Under the pieces are notes generated by a model, which saw nothing but the letters and a program-made list of their open reading frames with translations, was not told where the DNA came from and did no database searches. From the NCBI GenBank assembly GCA_965238175.1, contig CBDEGZ010000003.1, positions 1,152,001-1,216,000 on the forward strand: a stretch of DNA of 64,000 nucleotides, given 5' to 3'. The first letter of the stretch is position 1. The number at the start of each line of letters is the position of its first letter. A program made the translations under genes and the position numbers. Origin of the DNA: Gammaproteobacteria bacterium. GTDB lineage: Bacteria > Pseudomonadota > Gammaproteobacteria > CAJXQU01. This document shows, in pieces, positions 10,313-20,083 of this stretch.

Positions 10313-10337
10313 CTTTTATGTGATAAAGTGCGACTAG

Positions 10338-11657
10338 TTAGGGTTGTAGACTTTCCATATAATCAGGCAACCAGGAGATAAGTTTTGGAAAAAGTGCGAT
10401 CAATAAAATTGTGATTACCTGGATCAAAACAAAAGGAATAATCCCTCGATAAATTTGTTGTATTGTTATTTCTGTTGGGGCGACCGCTTTTAGGTAAAAC
10501 AAGGAGAATCCAAATGGAGGAGTTAAAAAAGAAGTTTGCAAATTGACCGCGATCAAAATAGCAAACCAGAGAAGATCTATTCCCATTAGCTGTGCAATGG
10601 GTGCGAGAATCGGAACCACTAAAAAGCAAATCTCCAGAAAATCTAAAAAGAAACCTAGCAAAAAGATCAATATCATACTGACAGCAACAAATCCCCAGAT
10701 CCCTCCAGGTAAATTCGTGAATAAATTTTCGACTAATTGATCGCCGCCCATTCCCCGGAAAACTAGACCAAACGCAGTTGCACCTACTAGGATCAAAAAG
10801 ACCATGCTGGTGAGTCGTGAAGTGTGTTGAGCGGCATGCAGTAAATTGTCTAGTGAAAGCCGTTTATGTAGTGCCGCCAGAAGGATCGCACCAAGTGAGC
10901 CATATGCCGCAGATTCGGTGGGTGAAGCAATTCCAAAGAAGATTGAACCCAAAACAGCAATGATTAGGGACAGTGGCGGTAACAGACTTTTTAATATTTT
11001 TCTGCCAAGGTTATCAATAGAGGGCGATTTGATACTTGGTGCCATCGTCGGATAACGAAATACAACATAACTGATGTAGAGAAGGAAAAGAGTGATCAGT
11101 AACAAGCCAGGTACGACCGCGCCGATAAATAATCGTCCTGGTGGAACACCGATAACATCACCGAGTAAGATCAAAACAATGCTAGGTGGAATTATTTGTC
11201 CTAATGTTCCCGAAGCAGCGATAGTTCCGGTAGCAAGTTGTGGAGAGTAATTATGCTTAAGCATTGCTGGTAGAGCGATGACACCCATTGTGACGACTGT
11301 TGCACCAACAACACCGGTTGTTGCAGCAAGCAGTGCGCCGACGATAACGACTGATAACGCTAAACCACCTCTAACTCTTCCAAACAGTAGCCCCATTGTT
11401 TCGAGAAGATCTTCGGCTAAGCCCGATTTTTCCAGAACAATACCCATGAAGATAAACAAGGGAACGGCTAACAAAGTGAAATTTTTCATTATCCCCCAGA
11501 TTCGTAATGGAAGTAGCTCGAAATAATCAAAGCCGAGAAAGATTGTCCCAAATAGTGTTGCAATGGCACCGAGAGTAAAAGCGACTGGATAACCGAGCAT
11601 CAACACCAACATAGCGATGGCGAACATGATGAGTGCCCAGACTTCCATTCCGATCAT
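10338..11657 (-). CDS. dctM: TRAP transporter large permease
   Basis: AVPLFIFMG, GTLGQIIPPSI, TSFLTPPFG. Confidence 0.95.
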   Translation of the reverse strand: MIGMEVWALIMFAIAMLVLMLGYPVAFTLGAIATLFGTIFLGFDYFELLPLRIWGIMKNFTLLAVPLFIFMGIVLEKSGLAEDLLETMGLLFGRVRGGLALSVVIVGALLAATTGVVGATVVTMGVIALPAMLKHNYSPQLATGTIAASGTLGQIIPPSIVLILLGDVIGVPPGRLFIGAVVPGLLLITLFLLYISYVVFRYPTMAPSIKSPSIDNLGRKILKSLLPPLSLIIAVLGSIFFGIASPTESAAYGSLGAILLAALHKRLSLDNLLHAAQHTSRLTSMVFLILVGATAFGLVFRGMGGDQLVENLFTNLPGGIWGFVAVSMILIFLLGFFLDFLEICFLVVPILAPIAQLMGIDLLWFAILIAVNLQTSFLTPPFGFSLFYLKAVAPTEITIQQIYRGIIPFVLIQVITILLIALFPKLISWLPDYMESLQP

Positions 11658-12178
11658 GGGGATTTATTCCTTATCAGAAAGTTAATATTTCTTAATGTTT
11701 CGGCGATACCTTGGAGTAGTAATAAAACGAATCCGAGAATAATCATTGCTTTTAATAACCATCGGTAGGGTAAGCCGCCCGGATCAGGGGAGGTTTCGTT
11801 CAGCAAAAATGAATTCTCAATAAAAGACCAAGAATTTAAGATGATTAGTAAACAGAATGGGATGAGGAAAAATAACCCGCCGAAAATATTGATCCAGGCT
11901 CTGTGACGATCATTTAAACGTTTACTTTTGTAGATTAGATCAACTCGAACATGTTCGTCATGCTTGAGGGCATAGGCTGCACCTAGCAAAAAAACAACTG
12001 CAAACAAGTGCCATTCAAGTTCCTGAAGTGCCACTGATCCGCTATGAAATAAGTAACGCATGGTAACGTCGTAGCTGATCAAAAATACCATAAACAAAAT
12101 CAGCCATGCTGTGAACTTTCCAAAAGCCTCACTCAGCAAATCAATGTTTTTTACAATGAGTTTTAAAAAGTTTGTCAA
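11654..12178 (-). CDS. dctQ: TRAP transporter small permease
   Basis: 4 TM helices, ELEWHLF, HVRVD, E.SPDPGGLP. Confidence 0.93.
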   Translation of the reverse strand: MTNFLKLIVKNIDLLSEAFGKFTAWLILFMVFLISYDVTMRYLFHSGSVALQELEWHLFAVVFLLGAAYALKHDEHVRVDLIYKSKRLNDRHRAWINIFGGLFFLIPFCLLIILNSWSFIENSFLLNETSPDPGGLPYRWLLKAMIILGFVLLLLQGIAETLRNINFLIRNKSP

Positions 12179-12212
12179 GTGATTTATTTGCCTATTTTTA
12201 TAAAAATAATTA

Positions 12213-12463
12213 TTGACTTATTCACAAAGCACAATTGTAGGTCGTATGTAACATACTTGCCGAATATTTTGATTGTTATAAATGAAGAAAGTAATTTAAG
12301 TTATTGTAATATATATAATAATACAAGATGTCTGTTTTTTGTTCGATTTAATCAAAGTGCAACAATCATAAGGCTTCTTAGGCTTTAACCGCACTTTACT
12401 AACAGAGTTATCCACAGATTCTGTTAGTAAAATTTTTATCCGTTTCAAGTCAATGAGTTAGCT
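12213..12463. promoter_or_regulatory. DnaA-box cluster (DARS-like), copy B
   Basis: TTATTCACA 12218; TTATCCACA 12408 flanked by ttactaaca / tgttagtaa with the same 3- and 5-nt spacing as copy A; IHF-like sites. Confidence 0.6.
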
Positions 12464-12510
12464 AAACAAGCTGTTTATCTTTACACATTTCGGTGTCTAA
12501 TAGAACCTGT

Positions 12511-13305
12511 TTACGGTTGTTTCTGGTGTAAATAATTTGACAGATCTACGAAATATTTTAGCGATATCGTCTCAGATCTGACACTGCCTGAAAGCCCTAA
12601 AAATTCGAAATCTTTGTCATCTGCAAAATCTTTTAGAACATTGCGTAAGGTTTTTCTCCGTTGGCTAAATGCTTGTTTGATGAGTTGCTCAAAGAACGCT
12701 TTATTTTCTAGCGGTAAAGGAGATTTTTTGGGTATCAATCGTATAATTGATGACATTACTTTGGGTGGTGGGTCAAACGCATCTGGTGGTACATCAAACA
12801 AATATTCGGTATCACAATGATATTGCAGCATGACAGAAAGTCGCCCATATTGACGTGAGCCTGCTTCTGCAGTCATTCTATCGGCGACTTCTTTTTGGAG
12901 CATGAACGTCATATCTGAGATGACATCAGCTTCTTCTAACACATGGAAGATCAGTGGCGTTGAGATATTGTAGGGAAGGTTCCCAACCAGGCGGATCTTC
13001 TTATCATTGTCGATTAATGACCGAAATGAAAAATTAAGTACGTCGATTTCGTGAACGCGTAGTTTATCTTGATCATAGTTGCGGCGAAGGTTTTCTGCGA
13101 GGTCACGATCCAGCTCCACCACATCAAGTTGATTAAGTTGGGAAAGCAGTGGCCGAGTTAATACACCTGTTCCGGGGCCTATCTCAACTATTTGCTCATC
13201 TTTTTGTGGAGCAATAGCTGAAATTATCTGGTCGATAATAAATTGATCAATCAGGAAATGCTGCCCAAATCTTTTGCGAGGACGGTGTTTTCTCTTCTCA
13301 CTCAT
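12511..13305 (-). CDS. rsmA: 16S rRNA m6,2A dimethyltransferase (KsgA)
   Basis: RKRFGQHFL, EIGPG.G, GNLPYNIS, PPPKV. Confidence 0.97.
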   Translation of the reverse strand: MSEKRKHRPRKRFGQHFLIDQFIIDQIISAIAPQKDEQIVEIGPGTGVLTRPLLSQLNQLDVVELDRDLAENLRRNYDQDKLRVHEIDVLNFSFRSLIDNDKKIRLVGNLPYNISTPLIFHVLEEADVISDMTFMLQKEVADRMTAEAGSRQYGRLSVMLQYHCDTEYLFDVPPDAFDPPPKVMSSIIRLIPKKSPLPLENKAFFEQLIKQAFSQRRKTLRNVLKDFADDKDFEFLGLSGSVRSETISLKYFVDLSNYLHQKQP

Positions 13306-13326
13306 AAAGATTTCTACGGCTTATCT

Positions 13327-14325
13327 TTATTTTACTACGGGAGAGGCCATTTCTATAGCCAGCTCGATGGCTGCACATAAGCTACCTTTATTTATACAGC
13401 CAGTCCCTGCAAGATCTAAGGCGGTGCCATGGTCAACTGAGGTGCGGATAATCGGAAGCCCTAGGGTAACGTTTACTGCATCTCCAAAGCCGTGATGTTT
13501 GAGCACAGGTAGGCCTTGATCATGATACATGGCTAATACGACATCAGCTTGTTCAAGTTGTTGAGGGGTAAAGGCCGTGTCTGCTGGTAGTGGGCCATGA
13601 ACGTTGATTCCTTCAGCGGTTAGTTTTTCAAGTGCGGGTATGATTGACTCTATTTCTTCCATGCCCAGATGACCACCTTCGCCAGCATGAGGGTTGAGAC
13701 CACAAACGGAAATTCTAGGGTTTTCAAGTTTAAATTTTGCTCTCAAATCGTGATCAATTATTCGTGTTACGTCTATGATCAGCTGCTCATTTATCATTGC
13801 AGGGATTGCTGACAATGGTGCATGTGTTGTCACCAAAGCAACGCGAAGCTGAGGCGTCGTTAGCATCATCACCGGATGATCGCCGCCGGATTTTTCTGCT
13901 AAATACTCAGTGTGTCCAGTGAAAGATAAACCTGAGTCGTTAATAACACCTTTATGTAGTGGTGCAGTGACCATTGCGTCAAATAATCCGTTCATACAGC
14001 CATGGCAGGCGCTATCGAGTGTACTCATCACATATTGCGAATTAGTTTTATCAAGCTGGCCAGAAATGACAGGATTGAAAACAGGTAATGGTAAAACTTT
14101 CAGGCTGCCTTTTTGATGAATATCATTGTGAGATGGATTAAATAGATCGATGGTTATAGCTTGTTTTATTTGTGCGGCTCGTTGTTGAAGGATGCTGGGA
14201 TCACCAATAACGATGAGTTCTGCATCAAATGATTTTTGGGCGATCAAAATGCATAGATCTGGGCCAATACCTGCAGGTTCACCGGAGGTGATCGCAATGC
14301 GGACTGGGTTAGAGGATGCATTCAA
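13327..14325 (-). CDS. pdxA: 4-hydroxythreonine-4-phosphate dehydrogenase
   Basis: GEPAGIGP, GHTEYL, NPHAGE, MYHDQGL, RTSVDHGTA. Confidence 0.97.
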   Translation of the reverse strand: MNASSNPVRIAITSGEPAGIGPDLCILIAQKSFDAELIVIGDPSILQQRAAQIKQAITIDLFNPSHNDIHQKGSLKVLPLPVFNPVISGQLDKTNSQYVMSTLDSACHGCMNGLFDAMVTAPLHKGVINDSGLSFTGHTEYLAEKSGGDHPVMMLTTPQLRVALVTTHAPLSAIPAMINEQLIIDVTRIIDHDLRAKFKLENPRISVCGLNPHAGEGGHLGMEEIESIIPALEKLTAEGINVHGPLPADTAFTPQQLEQADVVLAMYHDQGLPVLKHHGFGDAVNVTLGLPIIRTSVDHGTALDLAGTGCINKGSLCAAIELAIEMASPVVK

Positions 14326-14345
14326 ATTAGATGTGACTTCTTAGA

Positions 14346-15641
14346 CTATAGACGGTATTCAACGTAGGCTTCGTCTCTTAGACGAATAAGCCAGGACTGA
14401 CGATCCTCCTCAATCTTACGCTTTTTAACCGCTGCTCTGGCTTTGGCAATTGTGAGTTCTTCAGTTCCATCGTATTGACGATGTTCCAGCACCTGAACTA
14501 TATGCCACCCAAACTGACTTTTAAACGGAGCACTGATCTCACCATCAGAGAGTGCATCCATCTCTTTCTCAAATACGGGTACCATTGTCCCGGGGCTTGT
14601 CCATCCGAGATCACCGCCTTCAACTGCGGAAGCATTGTCATCAGAGTTTGAGCGTGCCAACTCAGCAAAATCGGAACCACCTTCAATACGTTCTTTAAGT
14701 AGTTCAAGTCGTGCTTCAGCATCTTCATCAGAAGTAAGCTCATTAGTGCGGATAAGAATATGGCGAGCACGTGTTTGAGGAATAATTTGTACATCGGATG
14801 AACGTTTATCTACTAGCTTGAAAATATGAAAACCACTATTGTTTTTGATCAAGCTGCTGACTTCCCCCTTGTTCATAGTGGCCAGTTCAGAGCTAAATAA
14901 AGAGGGAACTTGATCCGCTTCCATCCAGCCTAAATTACCGCCTCCAGTAGCATTACCTGCATCTGAAATTTCAGTCGCTATCTTAGAAAAATCCGAATCA
15001 CTATTACATTGATCAAGCACGTCTTCTGCTTTAGCTTCTAATTCTTTTTTCTGCTCCTCATCTGCATCTTCTGGCACGGCGATTAAAATATGTTGTAGCT
15101 CATATTCTTCGGCATTGTTGCCCTGTTGAGTTTGTGTTGCAAGAAAATTTTTTACTTCTCGTTCAGAAACAAAGACACGATTATCAACTTGTTTTTGGCG
15201 TATGCGTGTTAACGTTATTTCCTCGCGAATATCCTCACGGAACTGGTTAAAGCTAAAGCCTTCGCTTTCGAGAGCTGCACGAAAATCATCAAGTGACATG
15301 TTGTTTTGGTTTGCCATGTTACTGATTGCGCGGTTGAGCATGCTGTCGTCTACTTTAATACCAGAGCGTTTTGCGGATTGCAGCTGTATGCTATTCATGA
15401 TCAATCTTTCTAGAACTTGTTTTTCCAGATCTGCCGAGGGAGGAAGTTGTGTTCCACGTTGAGCTGTTTCTCTTCGTACACGTGCCATTCGACGTTCTAA
15501 CTCACTGGCCATAATTACATCATTGTCGACGATAGCAATGATGGTATCTAGTGTTTCGGTGTTTGCAGGGCTAAGAGGTAATATTGTGCCAGTGATCACG
15601 AGTACAGAAAATATAGTTTTGATCTTTGAGTAAGTAGTCAT
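14346..15641 (-). CDS. surA: Periplasmic chaperone/PPIase SurA
   Basis: Two parvulin domains (HILI..GG.LGW..GFHI/GWHI); lptD-surA-pdxA-rsmA synteny. Confidence 0.96.
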   Translation of the reverse strand: MTTYSKIKTIFSVLVITGTILPLSPANTETLDTIIAIVDNDVIMASELERRMARVRRETAQRGTQLPPSADLEKQVLERLIMNSIQLQSAKRSGIKVDDSMLNRAISNMANQNNMSLDDFRAALESEGFSFNQFREDIREEITLTRIRQKQVDNRVFVSEREVKNFLATQTQQGNNAEEYELQHILIAVPEDADEEQKKELEAKAEDVLDQCNSDSDFSKIATEISDAGNATGGGNLGWMEADQVPSLFSSELATMNKGEVSSLIKNNSGFHIFKLVDKRSSDVQIIPQTRARHILIRTNELTSDEDAEARLELLKERIEGGSDFAELARSNSDDNASAVEGGDLGWTSPGTMVPVFEKEMDALSDGEISAPFKSQFGWHIVQVLEHRQYDGTEELTIAKARAAVKKRKIEEDRQSWLIRLRDEAYVEYRL

Positions 15642-15649
15642 AAAAATTA

Positions 15650-17914
15650 TTAGAATTCGTAGTGATAACCTGGAATGTTACGTTGTAAAAAGTCTCTTGT
15701 TTTACGGCCAAATCCTGCGAGTCCTTTCATTTCAAATTGCAAGAAAATAGCATTATCGAATTCACCTTCTGTATTTCTTAGATAATGTCTCCCGACCAGT
15801 CTTGTTGCCCAGCAACAGCTATTGTATTCAACACCAAACAAGCTATCTATTGTTTGATTGTTTTGTAGCGAATAGTTCCAACGTCCAACAATACTCCAGT
15901 TTGCATTTATTGGTGTATGCATTGAGAAATCAACTTGTTCTATATCAACAATATCTCGACGCATTCTATAAGCTGCATTGTAAACGGTGTTTTTATCAGG
16001 ACGATAGCGTAAGTTTAGTGACGCTAGTTCGGTCCGATTTTCATGTGGGTCAAACTGTAAATCGTAACGAGTTGTCCAATGATCGCTTAACTGCAAAGAG
16101 GCTTGTGCCACAATATCTGAAGAGTCTTCAGTTTCGATCACACTACCAGGCAAAGTAACATCACGATCTCTAAAGTACTGTATCTGACCAAGACTAAAGC
16201 TCATTCGTTCCTTGCCAGAATTTTTATCAATCAGCCGCGTTGTGACTGCAAGTGTTAGCTGATTCGCATCACCGATACGATCAGCCGCATTAAATCGGTC
16301 ATCTCTGAACAGTTGTGCGTAGGATGTGTCATATTCGCCAGTATCAAATATGGGAATATCGTCCTGGCTTGATTTAGGAATATAAAGATAAAAGACCCGA
16401 GGTTCTATTGTGTGTAAAAATTGTGTTGAGCCCAAATTCAAATCACCTTCGAAAAATAAACCCGCATCCAAGCTAAAAATAGGCAGTGTTCGGTCAGGGG
16501 ATTCATCGTTGATCCCATCGTTACGATCAAGGAAGTATTGTGTGTGACGTAATTTTAATTTTGGAACGATAAATGAACTAACATTACGAATGGGATAGCT
16601 AATTTCAGGTGCGAAATCGACTCTGCCACCGGTTGTACTGTCATCTCGATCAAAATAAACGGCTTCGCCGAATATCTGATAATTCAGTTTTTTATTGCCT
16701 TGTGGAAAATGAGTCTGGAAATAAAATTGTGGTAATCGATCATAGGGTTGCTGCGATGAAAGCAAACTTCTATCGACCGATTGGTAACTTTGCACTCTAC
16801 TTAACAGGCTCCACCAACCACCGTTCCATTGAAAGTCAGCACGACGATCGAGTAATCGCTGACTGGTGATATCAATACTGGTGCTTAAATCCTCAAAATA
16901 TTCTCTATCTGACACCTGATTAAAATCGATTAATAAATGGCCACGATTGCCAGCAAACAATTGTTCAACCTGGGTATTAAATAGATAACGATCATCGTCT
17001 TGAAAAAGATTATCAGAGGGGAGGTACTCCAGATCAAATTGACCCTTGCCGGTTGGTTTCAGATAACGATATTGAGCTCCTAGCATAAATCCTCGATCAC
17101 CGAGTATTCTTGGGGTGATAGTGGCGTCACTATCGGGAGCAATATTCCAGTAGTAAGGCGTTCGAATATCGAAACCGGAATCCTTGGTTGAGCCTATCGT
17201 CATGGGCAGAAAACCCGACGTACGTTCTTCTGTGAGTGAAAAGCTTATATAGGGAATATAAAGGACAGGCACTTCTTTTATTTTCAAGATGGTATGTAGA
17301 GCACGACCTTTGTTTGCATCGTGATCAAGTTTGAGGTTTTTTGCTTTGAGTCGCCATGGAGCCTCATCATCCGGCCCACCGGGGCAGGTGGTGTATTCGA
17401 CATCTTCGAGACGCGTTACTTGCTGTGCTGATCTATCCGTTAATTTTTTTGCTTTGCCATGGCCGCGTTTATCAAGGAGTCGATAATCGCCTTTTTTAAA
17501 ACGAGACACATTTTGTTCACGATCAATGGTTGCTTCTTCACCATGCCAGTAAATTCCATCAGTCCAGAATTTAACATTACCTTGTGCATCTAATTTAGTT
17601 TTTGAATCATCAAAGATCGCACGTTGAGCATGGACAGTATTTTCGTTGTGTTTAATTTCGACGTTGCCAGAAAGGGTTGTAACGCCTTCTTCTACTTCCA
17701 TTGTATTGGCATCGATTGAAGTACTGTTTTTTTCGAAGAGTTCGTCAGAGCGTTCTAAAATCCATTCTGAGCCAGCGGGATCTTCGCTACAGAGTTTCCA
17801 TAGCTCACTATCAGGAACATCTTCAGCTGCATGAAGAGCATTCGAAAATAATGCAAAAAGAATGAGGTAGAATGTAATTAATATTTTCAAGACGTTGGTA
17901 GGCTGTGCCGTCAC
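15650..17914 (-). CDS. lptD: LPS assembly protein LptD
   Basis: YTTCP, PYYWNIAP, EPR.FYLY.P, DRIGDANQ, EYNSCCW. Confidence 0.96.
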   Translation of the reverse strand: MTAQPTNVLKILITFYLILFALFSNALHAAEDVPDSELWKLCSEDPAGSEWILERSDELFEKNSTSIDANTMEVEEGVTTLSGNVEIKHNENTVHAQRAIFDDSKTKLDAQGNVKFWTDGIYWHGEEATIDREQNVSRFKKGDYRLLDKRGHGKAKKLTDRSAQQVTRLEDVEYTTCPGGPDDEAPWRLKAKNLKLDHDANKGRALHTILKIKEVPVLYIPYISFSLTEERTSGFLPMTIGSTKDSGFDIRTPYYWNIAPDSDATITPRILGDRGFMLGAQYRYLKPTGKGQFDLEYLPSDNLFQDDDRYLFNTQVEQLFAGNRGHLLIDFNQVSDREYFEDLSTSIDITSQRLLDRRADFQWNGGWWSLLSRVQSYQSVDRSLLSSQQPYDRLPQFYFQTHFPQGNKKLNYQIFGEAVYFDRDDSTTGGRVDFAPEISYPIRNVSSFIVPKLKLRHTQYFLDRNDGINDESPDRTLPIFSLDAGLFFEGDLNLGSTQFLHTIEPRVFYLYIPKSSQDDIPIFDTGEYDTSYAQLFRDDRFNAADRIGDANQLTLAVTTRLIDKNSGKERMSFSLGQIQYFRDRDVTLPGSVIETEDSSDIVAQASLQLSDHWTTRYDLQFDPHENRTELASLNLRYRPDKNTVYNAAYRMRRDIVDIEQVDFSMHTPINANWSIVGRWNYSLQNNQTIDSLFGVEYNSCCWATRLVGRHYLRNTEGEFDNAIFLQFEMKGLAGFGRKTRDFLQRNIPGYHYEF

Positions 17915-18007
17915 TTATTAGTTGTTAATTTATATATTCTACCTTGTGAGCTGTCGACTATAAAGCGCACTCTGATAATAATTGGGATAATGACAGTGAA
18001 CCAATCA

Positions 18008-18718
18008 TGTAAGACATTCTTAGCTTTTGTAATTCTTATTTCTTTGTTAGGAGGTACTTGGTGATTGAATAAAAATCAGCCCGAGAAATAGGTTGAATTA
18101 CAACAGATATTGTCGATTTTGGTTGAGGTGACTAAGGTCACTAAAGAGGATGTACAGCTTAGTAGCAAGGTAACGGGTGTTTAGTATTTGCACAACGTGC
18201 AAAATTACATTGTGAAATTTCTGAACAGGTGTTAAAGCGCAATGTAGAACTAGGTTAGTAAGGTAACATTAAACGATCAACCAATCCGTATTAATGTAGG
18301 TGAGTATGAAGATGTGCTTAGCGAAATGCAGATCAAAATATGATCAATAAAAAGTGGTAATTTGGAAGAGATCAAAAATTATTTGATATCGTCGAGTGAC
18401 AAATCACATTATTCCAACACGAAGTAAATTGGTAATGAAAGAGTTTAAGAAATAATCCTTAGTTTCGCAGTCAAAAATCGACGAAACTCATCGTCAATCA
18501 CGGTGCGATCAAAAATTACGTTTTATGGGATGAGTCGATCGTATTTGTATGATCTGGCTGATGAGACAAAGCGACAGCTAATGCAAATTCCGGGTGTTGT
18601 TGGTGGTAGAGAGGTTGGGAGTTATGGTTTGAAGTTGATCCACACCTGGTCTTTATCTGAGCCTTTAGACATACAAAACAGGCCATTTTTTATAAAAGCA
18701 AAAGTATTAGTCACAATT
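18008..18718 (+). pseudogene. Possible decayed RND efflux (adaptor + AcrB-like) fragments
   Basis: Stop-riddled frames giving KTFLAFVILISLLGG..VEVTKVTKEDVQLSSKVTG and LYDLADETKRQLMQIPGVVG. Confidence 0.35.
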
Positions 18719-18813
18719 TAACTTAACCTGATGTGATGGTCTCCTCCCCCTAACGGCATCTAGGTGCCATGATTGAACTGACATACACACAATCAAAAGA
18801 GGAGAAGACCAAA

Positions 18814-19827
18814 ATGAAGACTACAACAATCGGGTTAGACATAGCAAAAAACGTATTTCATGCTGTCTGCTGTAATCAACAAGGGCGTATAATCAAAAAG
18901 AAAATGTTAAAGCGAGCGCAGGTACTCTCCTTTTTTCAATCTCAACCTCCTTGTTTAGTCGCAATAGAATCTTGTGCAACGTCACAGTATTGGGCCCGAG
19001 CGATACAACAACAGGGACATCAGGTGAAATTACTACCACCTCAGCATGTTAACGCATTTCTAATCGGCAATAAGAATGATTATAACGATGCCTTGGCCAT
19101 CGCCGTTGCTGCGAAACAACCTCATTTAAAAAGTGTGGGCATTAAATCAGTTGAGCAACAAGACAACCAGGCACAACATAAAGCAAGAGACTTAGCGGTC
19201 AGACAAAGAACCGCATTATGTAACCAAATGAGAGCGCTTGTTGCAGAATATGGCATTAGCCTTCGTCCCGGCCTAAATACCCTACGTCAATCTATCCCGT
19301 TGCTATTAAGTGATGAGAACGAACGGTTGTCCGTTACTTTCAAAAGGATACTGCGCCAGCTAAAGGAACAATGGCAATCACTTGATGCCTGTATTGCGAC
19401 ATTTGACCAATTGATCATTCAATCGGCAAAAAACAATGCGATTTGCCAACGCTTACAAACTATTCCAGGGTTTGGGCCGATGGTCTCGAGCGCGTATTTT
19501 AATGAAGTGGGAAACGGCGCTCATTATCACAAAGGGCGCGATGTGTCCGCCTCATTAGGACTTGTTCCACGACAGTACAGTAGTGGTGGTAAAGAGGTGC
19601 TACTGGGGATCAGTAAACGCGGCAATAAATACCTTCGTTGTTTGTTAATTCTAGGCGCGAAGGCCGTGGTATCAAGAGCCAAAACGAAAGGCGATAAACT
19701 GAGTCAATGGATTAATCGTTTAGTTGAGACGCGGGGGCATAATCGAGCGTGTGTGGCGTATGCCAACAAAATGGCAAGAATGGCCTGGGCTATAACGGTT
19801 TCTGGTGATGACTACTCACCGGCCTAA
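18814..19827 (+). CDS. IS110 DEDD recombinase/transposase
   Basis: IGLDIAK, AIES, KNDYNDA, TIPGFG, GLVPRQYSSGG, ISKRGNKYLR; start placed after RBS gaggag. Confidence 0.96.
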   Translation: MKTTTIGLDIAKNVFHAVCCNQQGRIIKKKMLKRAQVLSFFQSQPPCLVAIESCATSQYWARAIQQQGHQVKLLPPQHVNAFLIGNKNDYNDALAIAVAAKQPHLKSVGIKSVEQQDNQAQHKARDLAVRQRTALCNQMRALVAEYGISLRPGLNTLRQSIPLLLSDENERLSVTFKRILRQLKEQWQSLDACIATFDQLIIQSAKNNAICQRLQTIPGFGPMVSSAYFNEVGNGAHYHKGRDVSASLGLVPRQYSSGGKEVLLGISKRGNKYLRCLLILGAKAVVSRAKTKGDKLSQWINRLVETRGHNRACVAYANKMARMAWAITVSGDDYSPA

Positions 19828-19869
19828 ATAGAGAGAACAAATCATTTCAACGAATTGCGAAGGTAAAAC

Positions 19870-20045
19870 TAAAGATGGCATAACAGGTCAAACCAGCCTA
19901 TTGAAAACCTGTCGAGCTCAGGGGTAACTAATACCGATAACCTGATAAGGAAAATAGGCGCGTAATACATCCAGGTCAGAAGTTGAAAACTTCATTGAAG
20001 GCCGTATATATGACAGCAATCCTGTCCCTGTTATCTGAATGTTTT
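19870..20045 (+). ncRNA. Putative bridge/seekRNA in the IS110 3' non-coding region (also in copies 2 and 3)
   Basis: Stem gcctatt/aataggc encloses CGAGCTCAG and ATAACCTGA (target matches); ACATC and TATATATGA match the circle junction; RNA ends approximate. Confidence 0.75.
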
Positions 20046-20083
20046 ATCTTGCAATACGGGAGGAGACCATATATGAGATCGGT

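Larger units (their letters stand above)
18729..20073 (+). mobile_element. IS110 family (IS1111 subgroup) element, copy 1, 1345 bp
   Basis: Subterminal IR ATGGTCTCCTCCC / GGGAGGAGACCAT, 7 and 3 nt from the ends; no TSD; ends defined by comparing three copies. Confidence 0.95.

Noticed and set aside
10064-12510. Chromosomal origin oriC
   Set aside because: No dnaA, gidA or parAB context, few perfect boxes and no clear 13-mer DUE; a DARS/datA-like role fits better.
18769-18813. 15-aa N-terminal extension of the IS110 transposase
   Set aside because: RBS gaggag precedes ATG 18814 and the family motif starts there.
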